From Burkholderiales bacterium (GTDB lineage: Bacteria > Pseudomonadota > Gammaproteobacteria > Burkholderiales > SG8-39), in NCBI GenBank assembly GCA_040902335.1, contig JBBDXL010000179.1, forward strand, positions 4,775 to 68,774: DNA of 64,000 nt. The letters are read 5' to 3'. Under the pieces are notes generated by a model. That model was given only the letters and a program-made list of their open reading frames with translations. It searched no databases and had not been told where the DNA came from. Shown here piece after piece: positions 25,338-34,031 of the stretch; the stretch's first letter is position 1; each line of letters opens with the position of its first letter. Both the position numbers and the translations under genes were made by a program.

Positions 25338-27044
25338 ATGGCCAACGCCACAGCCGCTCGAGCCGTTCTACCCAGGATTCGCGCCTCCCTGAGCCTCGAC
25401 GACTGGGTCATGCGCGCGGCCGTGGTGGTCCTCGGCCTGTGGCTGCTGGCCGCAGTCATCGTGCCCCTCTACGTGCTGCTGTCCAAGAGTTTTCAGGCGA
25501 AGGGCGGCAGCTTCATCGGTCTTGCGAACTACGTCGAGTATTTCTCCACGCCGGCGCTGTTTTACTCCATCTACAACAGCCTGACGATCGCCGTCATCAG
25601 TACGGTGATCACGATCGCACTGGCGTTCGTTTTCGCCTATGCCCTGACCCGCAGCTGCATGCCGGGCAAGGCGTTCTTCCGCGGCGCCGCCTTCGTCCCG
25701 ATCCTCGCGCCCTCGCTGCTCCCGGGGATCTCCTTCGTCTATCTCTTCGGCAATCAGGGCATGATCAAGGAGCTGCTGATGGGGCACTCGATCTACGGTC
25801 CCATCGGCATCGTCATGGGCGAGGTGTTCTGGACCTTTCCGCATGCGCTGATCATCATCACCACGGCGCTGTCGCTCTCCGATTCCCGGTTGTACGAGGC
25901 GGCCGTGGCTTTGCGCGCGAGCAGGCTTCGGGCCTTCTTCACGGTGACTTTGCCGGGGGCCAAGTACGGTCTGCTCAGCGCCTGCTCGGTGGTGTTCACG
26001 CTGGTGATCACCGACTTCGGCGTGCCGAAGGTGATCGGCGGCCAGTACAACGTGCTCGCCGTCGACGTCTACAAGCAGGTGATCGGCCAGCAAAACTTCG
26101 AGATGGGAGCGGTCGTGGGCATGGTGCTGCTGCTGCCGGCCGTCATCGCCTTCATCGCCGACCGGCTGGTGCAGCGCAAGCAGATTGCGCTGCTATCCGC
26201 GCGCGCCGTGCCCTACGAGCCAAAGCCGAACAAGGCGCTCGACAGCTCCATGTTCATCTTCTGCACCGTCGTCAGCATCCTGATCCTCGGCATCCTCGCG
26301 GCCGCGGCCTTTGCCTCGCTGGTCAAGCTCTGGCCGTACAACCTGACGCTCTCGCTCAAGCACTACCAGTTCGACTTGATGGACGGCGGCAGCTGGGGTG
26401 CGTACTACAACAGTCTCAAGATGGCGCTCTGGACGGCGGTGGTGGGAACGGCCGTGATCTTCAGCGGCGCCTATCTCGTCGAGAAGACCAAGGGGTTCGG
26501 CCGTACACGGTCGTTCGTGCAGTTCATGGCGATCATACCGCTCGCCGTGCCCGGCATCGTGCTCGGACTTTCCTACATCTTCTTCTTCAACGATCCGGCG
26601 AACCCCTTTCACTTCATCTACGGAACGATGGCGATCCTCGTGATCTGCACCATCGTGCACTTCTATACCGTCGCCCATCTCACGGCGGTCACGGCATTGA
26701 AGCAGCTGGATCCGGAGTTCGAGGCGGTCTCGGCCTCGCTCAAGGTGCCGTTCTACAAGACCTTCGCCCGCGTCACCGTGCCCGTGTGCGTACCGGCGAT
26801 CCTGAGCATCTCCATCTATCTGTTCCTCAACGCCATGACCACGGTGTCGGCCGTGGTCTTTCTGTACTCGCCGGACACGGCGCTCGCCTCGGTAGCCGTG
26901 CTGAACATGGACGACGCGGGCGACATCGCCCCGGCGGCGGCCATGGCGATGATGATCGTCTATACCTCGGCCGGCGTGCGTGTGCTGCACGCGCTCGCCA
27001 CGCGCGGCATCGCCCGCAGGACGCAGCGCTGGCGCACGCGCTAG
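25338..27044 (+). CDS. AEP-type ABC transporter fused double permease (PhnU2-like)
   Basis: From ATG 25338: 568 aa with two tandem permease modules, about 12 TM segments. Confidence 0.88.
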   Translation: MANATAARAVLPRIRASLSLDDWVMRAAVVVLGLWLLAAVIVPLYVLLSKSFQAKGGSFIGLANYVEYFSTPALFYSIYNSLTIAVISTVITIALAFVFAYALTRSCMPGKAFFRGAAFVPILAPSLLPGISFVYLFGNQGMIKELLMGHSIYGPIGIVMGEVFWTFPHALIIITTALSLSDSRLYEAAVALRASRLRAFFTVTLPGAKYGLLSACSVVFTLVITDFGVPKVIGGQYNVLAVDVYKQVIGQQNFEMGAVVGMVLLLPAVIAFIADRLVQRKQIALLSARAVPYEPKPNKALDSSMFIFCTVVSILILGILAAAAFASLVKLWPYNLTLSLKHYQFDLMDGGSWGAYYNSLKMALWTAVVGTAVIFSGAYLVEKTKGFGRTRSFVQFMAIIPLAVPGIVLGLSYIFFFNDPANPFHFIYGTMAILVICTIVHFYTVAHLTAVTALKQLDPEFEAVSASLKVPFYKTFARVTVPVCVPAILSISIYLFLNAMTTVSAVVFLYSPDTALASVAVLNMDDAGDIAPAAAMAMMIVYTSAGVRVLHALATRGIARRTQRWRTR

Positions 27045-27063
27045 CTTCAGGGAGCCCCGTGAA

Positions 27064-28203
27064 ATGAAACAACCCATCCTGCTCACCCCCGGCCCGCTCA
27101 CCACCTCGAGCGCGACCAAGCTCGCCATGATGCGCGACTGGGGCTCGCGCGATTCGGGCTTCATCGAGCTCAACCGTCTGGTCCGCGACATGCTGTTGGA
27201 TGTCGTTCATGGAAAGGAAATTCACGTCTGCGTGCCGCTCCAGGGCAGCGGCACCTTCGCCGTCGAGGCGGCGCTCGGCACGCTGGTGCCGCGCGAGGGC
27301 CATGTGCTGGTGCCGCTCAACGGCGCCTACTGCAGGCGCATCGCGCGCATCTGCGCCATCCTCGGCCGGCGCACCACTACTCTCGATTTTCAGGAGGATG
27401 AACCTGTGAAAGCCGCGGACATCGACGCCATCCTGTCCCGCGACCCCTCGATCACGCACGTTGCCCTGGTGCACTGCGAGACCAGCACCGGGGTTCTCAA
27501 TCCTCTAGAAGAGATCGCCGAAAGTGTCGCCCGCCACAAACGCAGCTTGATCGTCGACGCCATGAGCTCGTTCGCGGCGCTCGAGATCGACGCGCGCAAG
27601 ACCCCGTTCGACGCGCTGGTGGCGGCCTCCGGCAAATGCCTCGAAGGCCCGCCGGGAATGGGCTTCGCGCTTGCCCGCCGCGCGGCGCTCGAGAAATGCG
27701 CCGGAAATTCGCCCTCGCTGGTGCTCGACCTCCACGACCAGTGGGTCAACATGGAGAAGACCGCGCAGTGGCGCTTTACGCCGCCGACCGTGGTGCTCGC
27801 CGCGCTGCACGCCGCGCTCGAGCAGTTCGTCGCCGAAGGCGGCCAGCCCGCGCGCCTCGCGCGCTACCGCAGGAACTGCGAGGTGCTGATCGAGGGCATG
27901 ACGCGTCTCGGCTTCAAGCCGTTCCTCGAGCCGCGCCACCAGGCGCCGGTCATCGTGACGTTCCACGCCCCCGCCGATCCGAGCTACGATTTCCAGCGCT
28001 TCTACGACCGCGTGCGCGAGAAGGGCTTCGTGCTCTACCCCGGAAAGCTCACCCAGGTCGACACGCTGCGCGTGGGCTGCATCGGCGCGATCGACGAGAA
28101 CGTCCTGCGCGCCGCGGTGCACGCGATCGCCGACACGCTCGCCGAGCAGGGCATCCGGCTCCATGAATCTGGTTCTGTTCGATCTCGACAATACGCTCCT
28201 TAG
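27064..28203 (+). CDS. phnW: 2-aminoethylphosphonate--pyruvate transaminase
   Basis: From ATG 27064: [15 protein letters not shown]... class-V aminotransferase with the characteristic PhnW N-terminus (..MRDWGSRD..) and ..[13 protein letters not shown] (PLP Lys). Confidence 0.92.
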   Translation: MKQPILLTPGPLTTSSATKLAMMRDWGSRDSGFIELNRLVRDMLLDVVHGKEIHVCVPLQGSGTFAVEAALGTLVPREGHVLVPLNGAYCRRIARICAILGRRTTTLDFQEDEPVKAADIDAILSRDPSITHVALVHCETSTGVLNPLEEIAESVARHKRSLIVDAMSSFAALEIDARKTPFDALVAASGKCLEGPPGMGFALARRAALEKCAGNSPSLVLDLHDQWVNMEKTAQWRFTPPTVVLAALHAALEQFVAEGGQPARLARYRRNCEVLIEGMTRLGFKPFLEPRHQAPVIVTFHAPADPSYDFQRFYDRVREKGFVLYPGKLTQVDTLRVGCIGAIDENVLRAAVHAIADTLAEQGIRLHESGSVRSRQYAP

Positions 28204-28819
28204 CGGCGACACCGATTTCGAGTGGCTCGCTTTCCTTGTCGAGCAAGGGGTTCTTTCCAGTTCCGACCAGGAAGCAAATGCCGAAATGGATCACCGCTAC
28301 CGCAGCGGCGACGCCGGCGCGCTCGAGTATGTACGCTTCTACCTGGGCTTCTATGCGCCCCACGGCATGGCTGCGCTCCTCGCCTGGCGCGACAAGTTCT
28401 TCCGCACCAGAATCGAGCGGCGAATTTCGCGCGCGGCGCGAGCGCTGGTGGAGTCGCATCGCAACGACCTCGTCGCGATCGTCACCGCGACCAACCGCTT
28501 CCTCACCGAGCCGATCGCCGCGGCGTTCGGCGTCGAGCACCTCATCGCCACCGAGCCCGAGATGGTCGCGGGCCGGTTCACGGGCGAGGTCGCCGGGACG
28601 CCGTGCATGCGCGAGGGCAAGATCGAGCGGCTCGAAGCGTGGCTTGCCTCCCGCGGCAGCTCGCTCGCCGATTACGCCGAGACCTGGTTCTACAGCGATT
28701 CGATCAACGACCTGCCGCTGCTCGAGCGCGTGACGCACCCGGTGGCCGTGGATGCCGACTCAAAGCTCGAGCGGCTCGCGCGCGAGCGGGGGTGGACGAT
28801 ATTGCACCTGCCCCGCTGA
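28163..28819 (+). CDS. HAD-IB family hydrolase/phosphatase (SerB-like)
   Basis: 218 aa with motif [10 protein letters not shown] and C-terminal ..[11 protein letters not shown]. 41-nt overlap with phnW. Confidence 0.85.
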   Translation: MNLVLFDLDNTLLSGDTDFEWLAFLVEQGVLSSSDQEANAEMDHRYRSGDAGALEYVRFYLGFYAPHGMAALLAWRDKFFRTRIERRISRAARALVESHRNDLVAIVTATNRFLTEPIAAAFGVEHLIATEPEMVAGRFTGEVAGTPCMREGKIERLEAWLASRGSSLADYAETWFYSDSINDLPLLERVTHPVAVDADSKLERLARERGWTILHLPR

Positions 28820-29115
28820 CGGCCGGGGGGCGCTGCCGAGCCAAGTGCTCGACGATTTCGAGGAACGCGCTGACGAGCCGCGCGAGTGGCCGCAAAACGC
28901 GGTCCTTCCCCTCATGTACCATCCCATCGCCGACATCGCGCCCTACATTGGCGGCGTGCCGGCGGGCAATCGAGCCCTTTGACGTAAGGAGCATTGCGAT
29001 CGGGCTGCGCTTCGCCTCGGCCTGGAATTCAGCCCTTCGCTTCTTGACGCTTTCTGGAACCCGGAGCGAGACAGCCATGGTCTCGCGTTTGTATCACAAT
29101 TGAGATAGATCGATT

Positions 29116-30483
29116 ATGAGTGAAACGGAAGCTGGGCCGAGGGGAATGCTTCAGCCCGAGCAGCTGCGTACGCTGGTCGGGAAAGGCGAGATCGAAACCG
29201 TCGTCGTCGGCTTCACCGACCACTACGGCCGCCTGCTGGGCAAGCGCTTCGACGCCGAGTTTTTCGTCGAGGAGATCTGCAGCCAGGGGGCGCACGCCTG
29301 CGACTATCTGCTGACGGTCGACATGGAGATGGATCCGGTGCCGGGGTATCGCTTCGCCAACTGGGAGCTCGGCTACGGCGACTTTCATCTGGTGCCCGAC
29401 CTGGGCACGCTGCGCCTCGCGAGCTGGCTCGACAAAAGCGCGCTGGTGCTCTGCGACGTGAAAAGTGAAAAGATGCACGAGTATGTGGCCGTGGCGCCGC
29501 GCTCGATCCTGCGCCGGCAAATCGACGCCGCAAGCGCGCGGGGATACACAGCCTTCGCCGCCTCCGAGCTCGAGCACTACCTCTTCCGCACGAGCTACCG
29601 CGAGGCGGCCCAGCGCGACTACCGTGACCTCGAGCCCGCGGGCTGGTACCTGGAGGACTATCATATCCTGCAGGGCACGCGCACCGAAAGCTTCCACGCC
29701 GCGGCGCGCCGCCACCTGAAGCTCTCGGGCGTGCCGGTCGAGAACTCGAAAGGAGAATGGGGCGCGGGGCAGCACGAGCTGAACGTGCGCTATGCCAGCG
29801 TCCTGGAAATGGCCGACCGCCACGTGGTGTTCAAGCAATGCCTCAAGGAGCTCGCGGAGGCGGCAGGCATGAGCCTCACCTTCATGGCCAAGTTCGCCTC
29901 CGACCGGGCAGGCTCGAGCTGCCACATCCACTTCAGCCTCCGGCGCGATGGGAAGAACGTCTTTGAGAAAGGCGGCGACCTTTTCCGCTGGTTCCTCGCG
30001 GGCTGGATGGCACACGTGCCCGACGTCATGGTGTTCTACGCGCCGACCGTCAATTCGTACAAGCGCTACGTGGACGCCTCCTGGGCGCCGACGCGGCTCG
30101 CCTGGAGCTACGACAACCGCACGGCGGGCTTCCGCGTCGTGGGCGACGGCCCGGGCCTGCGCATCGAATGCCGCATTCCCGGCGCCGACTGCAATCCCTA
30201 CCTCGCTTTCTCCGCCGCGCTCGCCTCGGGCCTTGACGGCATCGCCGGCCGGCTCGAGCCGCCCGCATGCTTCGTCGGCGACGTCTACGCGGCGAAAAGC
30301 CTGCCGCGGGTGCCGCATACGCTCAGCGAAGCAGCAGATCTTTTTTCAAACAGTGATTTTACGAAGCGCGCGTTCGGCGCGGAGGTGGTGGAGCACTACA
30401 CGCATTTCTTTCGCACCGAAGCAGCCGCCTTCGACAAGGCGGTCACCGATTGGGAGCGCAAGCGCTACTTCGAAAGAATATGA
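29116..30483 (+). CDS. Glutamine-synthetase-family enzyme, gamma-glutamyl-amine synthetase type (PuuA/GlnA3/GlnA4-like)
   Basis: 455 aa: ..EWGAGQHELNVRY.. and ..NSYKRY..WAPT...WSYDNRTAGFRV.. GS catalytic motifs. No AT-adenylylation context. Confidence 0.88.
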   Translation: MSETEAGPRGMLQPEQLRTLVGKGEIETVVVGFTDHYGRLLGKRFDAEFFVEEICSQGAHACDYLLTVDMEMDPVPGYRFANWELGYGDFHLVPDLGTLRLASWLDKSALVLCDVKSEKMHEYVAVAPRSILRRQIDAASARGYTAFAASELEHYLFRTSYREAAQRDYRDLEPAGWYLEDYHILQGTRTESFHAAARRHLKLSGVPVENSKGEWGAGQHELNVRYASVLEMADRHVVFKQCLKELAEAAGMSLTFMAKFASDRAGSSCHIHFSLRRDGKNVFEKGGDLFRWFLAGWMAHVPDVMVFYAPTVNSYKRYVDASWAPTRLAWSYDNRTAGFRVVGDGPGLRIECRIPGADCNPYLAFSAALASGLDGIAGRLEPPACFVGDVYAAKSLPRVPHTLSEAADLFSNSDFTKRAFGAEVVEHYTHFFRTEAAAFDKAVTDWERKRYFERI

Positions 30484-31253
30484 GACTCGAACACAAGGTT
30501 GCCCTGATCACCGGCGCCGGCAGCGGCATCGGCCGGCAGACCGCACTGCTTTTTGCCAAGGAAGGCGCGGCGGTGCTCGCGGTCGACGTGAACGAGCAGG
30601 CCGCCGCCGAAACCGTCGTGCTGATCAGGCAGGCGGGCGGCCGCGCCGTCGCCTGCCACGCCGACGTGTCGAAAGCGCGCGACTGCCAGCAGATGGTCGC
30701 CGCGGTCGAGAAGGAGTTCGGCCGGCTCGACGTGCTGTTCAACAACGCCGGCATCATGCACGCCACGGACGACGACGCCGTCTCCACCGACGAGAGCGTC
30801 TGGGACCTGACGCTCGACATCAACGCCAAGGGCGTCTTCCTCGGCTGCAAGTACGGCATCCCGGCGCTGCGCCGCGCAGGCGGCGGCTCGGTCATCAACA
30901 CCGCTTCGTTCGTGGCGCGGCTCGGCGCCGCCACGCCGCAAATCGCCTACACCGCGAGCAAGGGCGCCGTGCTCGCGATGACCCGCGAGCTCGCGGTCGT
31001 CCACGCCCGCCAGGGCATCCGCGTCAACGCGCTCTGCCCGGGGCCGCTGCGCACCGAGCTTCTCATGAGCTACCTCGACACCGAAGAGAAGCGCCAGCGG
31101 CGCCTGGTGCACGTGCCGATGGGGCGCTTCGGCGAGGCGCAGGAAATCGCCTACGCCGCCCTCTACCTCGCCTCCGACGAATCCTCCTTCGTCACCGGCA
31201 CCGAGTTCCTGGTCGACGGCGGCCTCACCGCGGCCTACGTCACGCCGGAATGA
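30480..31253 (+). CDS. SDR-family dehydrogenase
   Basis: From ATG 30480 (ATGA overlap with the GS-like stop): MRLEHKVALITGAGSGIGR..., NNAG, YTASKGAV catalytic YxxxK. Confidence 0.9.
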   Translation: MRLEHKVALITGAGSGIGRQTALLFAKEGAAVLAVDVNEQAAAETVVLIRQAGGRAVACHADVSKARDCQQMVAAVEKEFGRLDVLFNNAGIMHATDDDAVSTDESVWDLTLDINAKGVFLGCKYGIPALRRAGGGSVINTASFVARLGAATPQIAYTASKGAVLAMTRELAVVHARQGIRVNALCPGPLRTELLMSYLDTEEKRQRRLVHVPMGRFGEAQEIAYAALYLASDESSFVTGTEFLVDGGLTAAYVTPE

Positions 31254-31518
31254 GATATCTCGAAGACTTTGCGGTGGGTCAGACCTTCGGCTCCGGCCGG
31301 CTGCGCGTCGACAAACAGCGGGTCATGGCCTTCGCCGCCGAATTCGCCCCGGCGACGAGTTGCACCTCGACATCGAAGTGATGGAGGTGCGGCCGTCGAA
31401 GTCGCGCCCGGAGCAGGGCTTGATCAAGGTCAAGACCACGACGCTCAATCAGGACGGCGAGGCGGTACAGGTCACCATCGGGAATCTGGTCGTGCCATGC
31501 CGCCCGGTGAAAGAATGA
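31250..31518 (+). pseudogene. MaoC-like (R)-hydratase/dehydratase gene with internal deletion and frameshift
   Basis: The N-terminal MRYLEDFAVGQTFGSGRLRVDKQRVMAFAAEF.. runs into a stop at 31381. The C-terminal ..GDELHLDIEVMEVRPSKSRPEQGLIKVKTTTLNQDGEAVQVTIGNLVVPCRPVKE* continues in another frame. The central hot-dog core (I estimate ~70 aa) is missing. ATGA overlaps are kept at both ends. Confidence 0.7.
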
Positions 31519-32882
31519 TCAGCCCGGTCGACGGCTCGGTTTATGTACAGCGCGAGCCGCCCTCCGACGCGGCGATCGAAGCTGCGCTCGCCAAAGCGGC
31601 AGATTCTCAACAAATTTGGAAACGAGTGCCGGTCGCCGAGCGCGCCGCGATCTGCTGCCGCATGGCCGACTGGTGCGTCGAGCGGGCCGACGAGCTTGGC
31701 AGAGAACTGACCTGGCAGATCGGCCGGCCGATCGCGCACAGCCCCCTGGAGCTGCGCCGCGGTTTCCATGAGCGCGCTCAGCACATGTGCGCCATCGCCG
31801 AAGAGGCGTTGGGAGATCTGAATTCAGAGCCCAAACCCGGATTTCGCCGCTTCATCCGCCGCGAGCCGCTCGGCGTGGTGCTGGTGCTCGCGCCCTGGAA
31901 TTACCCCTGGCTCACTTCAGTCAATGCGGTGGTGCCCGCGCTGCTAGCCGGCAACACGGTGCTCCTGAAGATGGCGGCGCAGACACCCCTTGTCGCCGAG
32001 CGCTACCGCCAGGCTTTCGACGCCGCCGGGCTGCCGGAAGGCGCATTCCAGTTCCTGCATCTCGATCACGCTCAGGTGGCGCGCGTCATCGCAGACTCCC
32101 GCATCGGCTTTGTTGCCTTTACCGGCTCGGTCGGCGGCGGGCATGCCGTGCAGCGCGCCGCGGCCGGGCGCTTCATCGCCACCGGGCTCGAGCTCGGCGG
32201 CAAGGATCCCGCCTACGTCCGGGCCGACGCGCCGCTCGAGGCGACCGTCGAAAACCTGGTCGATGGCGCCTACTTCAACTCAGGGCAGTCCTGTTGTGCG
32301 GTGGAACGCATTTACGTCCACAAGAATGTTCTTAAGAACTTCGTGGAAGGCTTCGTCGAGCTCACCAGGCAGTACCGGCTCGGCAATCCGCTCGATCCGC
32401 AAACCACGCTCGGGCCGCTGGTGCGCAAGGAAGCCGCCGACAACGTGCGCGCGCAGATCCGCGACGCGCTGGACAAAGGGGCCAGGGCGCTTCTCGACAC
32501 GAGAGGCGATAAAGCGGGCACCCCGTATCTTCCCCCGCAGGTGCTGGTCGATGTCCATCACGGCATGGCGGTGATGGCCGATGAGACCTTCGGGCCGGTG
32601 GTCGGTATCCAGCGCGTCGAGAACGACGAGGAAGCGATCGCGCTCATGAACGACAGCCGCTACGGGTTGACGGCCTCGATCTGGACCTGCAACGTCGAGG
32701 CCGCCATCCGGATCGGCGATCGCGTCGAGACCGGCACCTGGTTCATGAATCGCTGCGACTACCTCGATCCTGCGCTCGCCTGGACCGGAGTCAAAGACTC
32801 GGGGCGCGGCTGCACGCTTTCCCGGCTGGGGCTCGAAACTTTCACCCGACCGAAGTCGTTTCACCTGCGGCTGAGCCTGTGA
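31515..32882 (+). CDS. NAD(P)-dependent aldehyde dehydrogenase
   Basis: From ATG 31515: MISPVDGSVYVQ... with ..LELGGKDPAYV.. and ..FNSGQSCCAVERIYV.. (catalytic Glu and Cys motifs). Confidence 0.9.
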   Translation: MISPVDGSVYVQREPPSDAAIEAALAKAADSQQIWKRVPVAERAAICCRMADWCVERADELGRELTWQIGRPIAHSPLELRRGFHERAQHMCAIAEEALGDLNSEPKPGFRRFIRREPLGVVLVLAPWNYPWLTSVNAVVPALLAGNTVLLKMAAQTPLVAERYRQAFDAAGLPEGAFQFLHLDHAQVARVIADSRIGFVAFTGSVGGGHAVQRAAAGRFIATGLELGGKDPAYVRADAPLEATVENLVDGAYFNSGQSCCAVERIYVHKNVLKNFVEGFVELTRQYRLGNPLDPQTTLGPLVRKEAADNVRAQIRDALDKGARALLDTRGDKAGTPYLPPQVLVDVHHGMAVMADETFGPVVGIQRVENDEEAIALMNDSRYGLTASIWTCNVEAAIRIGDRVETGTWFMNRCDYLDPALAWTGVKDSGRGCTLSRLGLETFTRPKSFHLRLSL

Positions 32883-32903
32883 TAGATTGCCTGCGCCCTA
32901 ACG

Positions 32904-33045
32904 CCTCGCGTGGGAGAGACCGACTCCGGCCGGCGCCGAAGGGGTAACGCGCCCCGCAAAACTCTCAGGCAATAGGACCGCGCGAGGCTGGGCACTCTGG
33001 AGAGAAGGCCCGAGCGGCCTCGCCGAAGGCTACAAGCTGAAAAAA
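32904..33045 (+). promoter_or_regulatory. Glycine riboswitch: one complete aptamer (32904..32987) followed by a partial second aptamer (about 32991..33045)
   Basis: Aptamer 1 has P1 CCTCGCG/CGCGAGG, GGGAGAG, GCGCCGAAGGGG-TAACGCG-CCCC, and AAACTCTCAGGCAATAGGAC. The second unit has CACTCTGGAGAG, hairpin AGGCC-CGAG-CGGCCT and CGCCGAAGG but lacks the 3' CTCAGGCA..GGAC half. The ATG of the downstream gene is at 33053. Confidence 0.78.
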
Positions 33046-33052
33046 CCGGGCT

Positions 33053-33763
33053 ATGCACATCGGCCTGCTTGAATGCGATAACGTCGCCGGACGCTTTTCC
33101 CATATCGAGGGCGGCTATCGCGAGATGTTCGCCGCGCTGCTGCCCGGCGCGCGATTCAGCTATTACGAGGCGTGGAAGAACGAGCTGCCCGCGAGCGCGG
33201 ACGCCTGCGGCGCATGGGTGTGCAGCGGATCGCAGTATTCGGTCTACGACAAGATGGAATGGGTCGGCGCCCTGTCGCGGCTCGTGCAGACGTTGCATGA
33301 AGAAAAGCGACCCTACGTCGGCATCTGCTTCGGCCACCAGATGCTGGCGCAGGCGCTGGGCGGCGAGGTGGCGCGCGCCGCGCGGGGATGGGGAGTGGGC
33401 GTCCACGACGTGCAGGTCCTGCGGCAGGAACCGTGGATGCAGCCGCCCCAATCACATTTCCGCATCCATCACATGCACGCGGATCAGGTGCAGCGGCTGC
33501 CGCCGGACAGCGTGGTGCTTGGAAGCAGCGCCCACTGCGAGGTGGCGATGTTCCGCGTCGGCGACTCGATGCTCGGCATCGAAGGGCATCCGGAATTCAC
33601 CGCGGCATTCAGCGAGGCGCTGATCCGGGCCCGCGCCGACCGTATCGGCGTCGAGCGCGTGCAGGCCGGGCTCGCCAGCCTTGGCCAGCCAACGGACGGC
33701 GCCGTTGTCGGGCGATGGATCGCGCAGTTCCTGGAACGGAAGGATGCGGGATCGTCGGTCTGA
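33053..33763 (+). CDS. Class-I glutamine amidotransferase-like protein (GATase1; gamma-glutamyl hydrolase candidate)
   Basis: 236 aa: ..PYVGICFGHQMLAQALGG.. (nucleophile Cys elbow) and ..GIEGHPEF.. (His/Glu). Confidence 0.85.
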   Translation: MHIGLLECDNVAGRFSHIEGGYREMFAALLPGARFSYYEAWKNELPASADACGAWVCSGSQYSVYDKMEWVGALSRLVQTLHEEKRPYVGICFGHQMLAQALGGEVARAARGWGVGVHDVQVLRQEPWMQPPQSHFRIHHMHADQVQRLPPDSVVLGSSAHCEVAMFRVGDSMLGIEGHPEFTAAFSEALIRARADRIGVERVQAGLASLGQPTDGAVVGRWIAQFLERKDAGSSV

Positions 33764-33798
33764 TGCGGCGCCGATTCAGGCGGTGGCTGCGGCGAGAG

Positions 33799-33867
33799 CT
33801 ACGCGGTCGAATTCACGGTGCGCAATCCGGCGAGGGCGGGTGCGACCGTGATGAAGCGGGCGCTCAT
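33799..33867 (-). pseudogene. 22-codon remnant of the small hypothetical gene found intact at 15130..15408
   Basis: MSARFITVAPALAGLRTVNSTA* compared with VSTPSITVAPAGARRWRV... at 15408. It lies partly in the right copy of the direct repeat. Confidence 0.6.
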
Positions 33868-34031
33868 CGGCGGGATTTTGCGGCAAAACCGGATTAGCAT
33901 GGCCGCGTGGAGTCTACGGTCCACAGCCTCTTCCCCACACTGGTGTGGGAGGCGCGGCTCGCGCGTGAAGCGTATGCGCCGCTGAACGACGCCATTTTAC
34001 GCCGGCTCGCCGCGCGGCGCCGCGGCGCGCC
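33835..34031 (+). repeat. Right copy of the ~195-bp direct repeat (partner 15377..15571)
   Basis: See the left copy. Same orientation, 18.46 kb apart. Confidence 0.85.

Noticed and set aside
29030-29060. Sigma54-type -24/-12 promoter upstream of the GS-like gene (TGGAATTCAGCCCTTCGC)
   Set aside because: The GG-to-GC spacing is 3 nt too long for TGGCAC-N5-TTGC and the -12 element is poor.
28704-29078. 124-aa minus-strand ORF in the HAD / GS-like intergenic region, considered as a missing pathway regulator
   Set aside because: I could see no HTH or other regulator motif. It overlaps the 3' end of the HAD gene, has Arg/Ala-rich C-terminal junk, and lacks a convincing RBS. The ~295-bp intergenic region remains unexplained but is not demonstrably coding.
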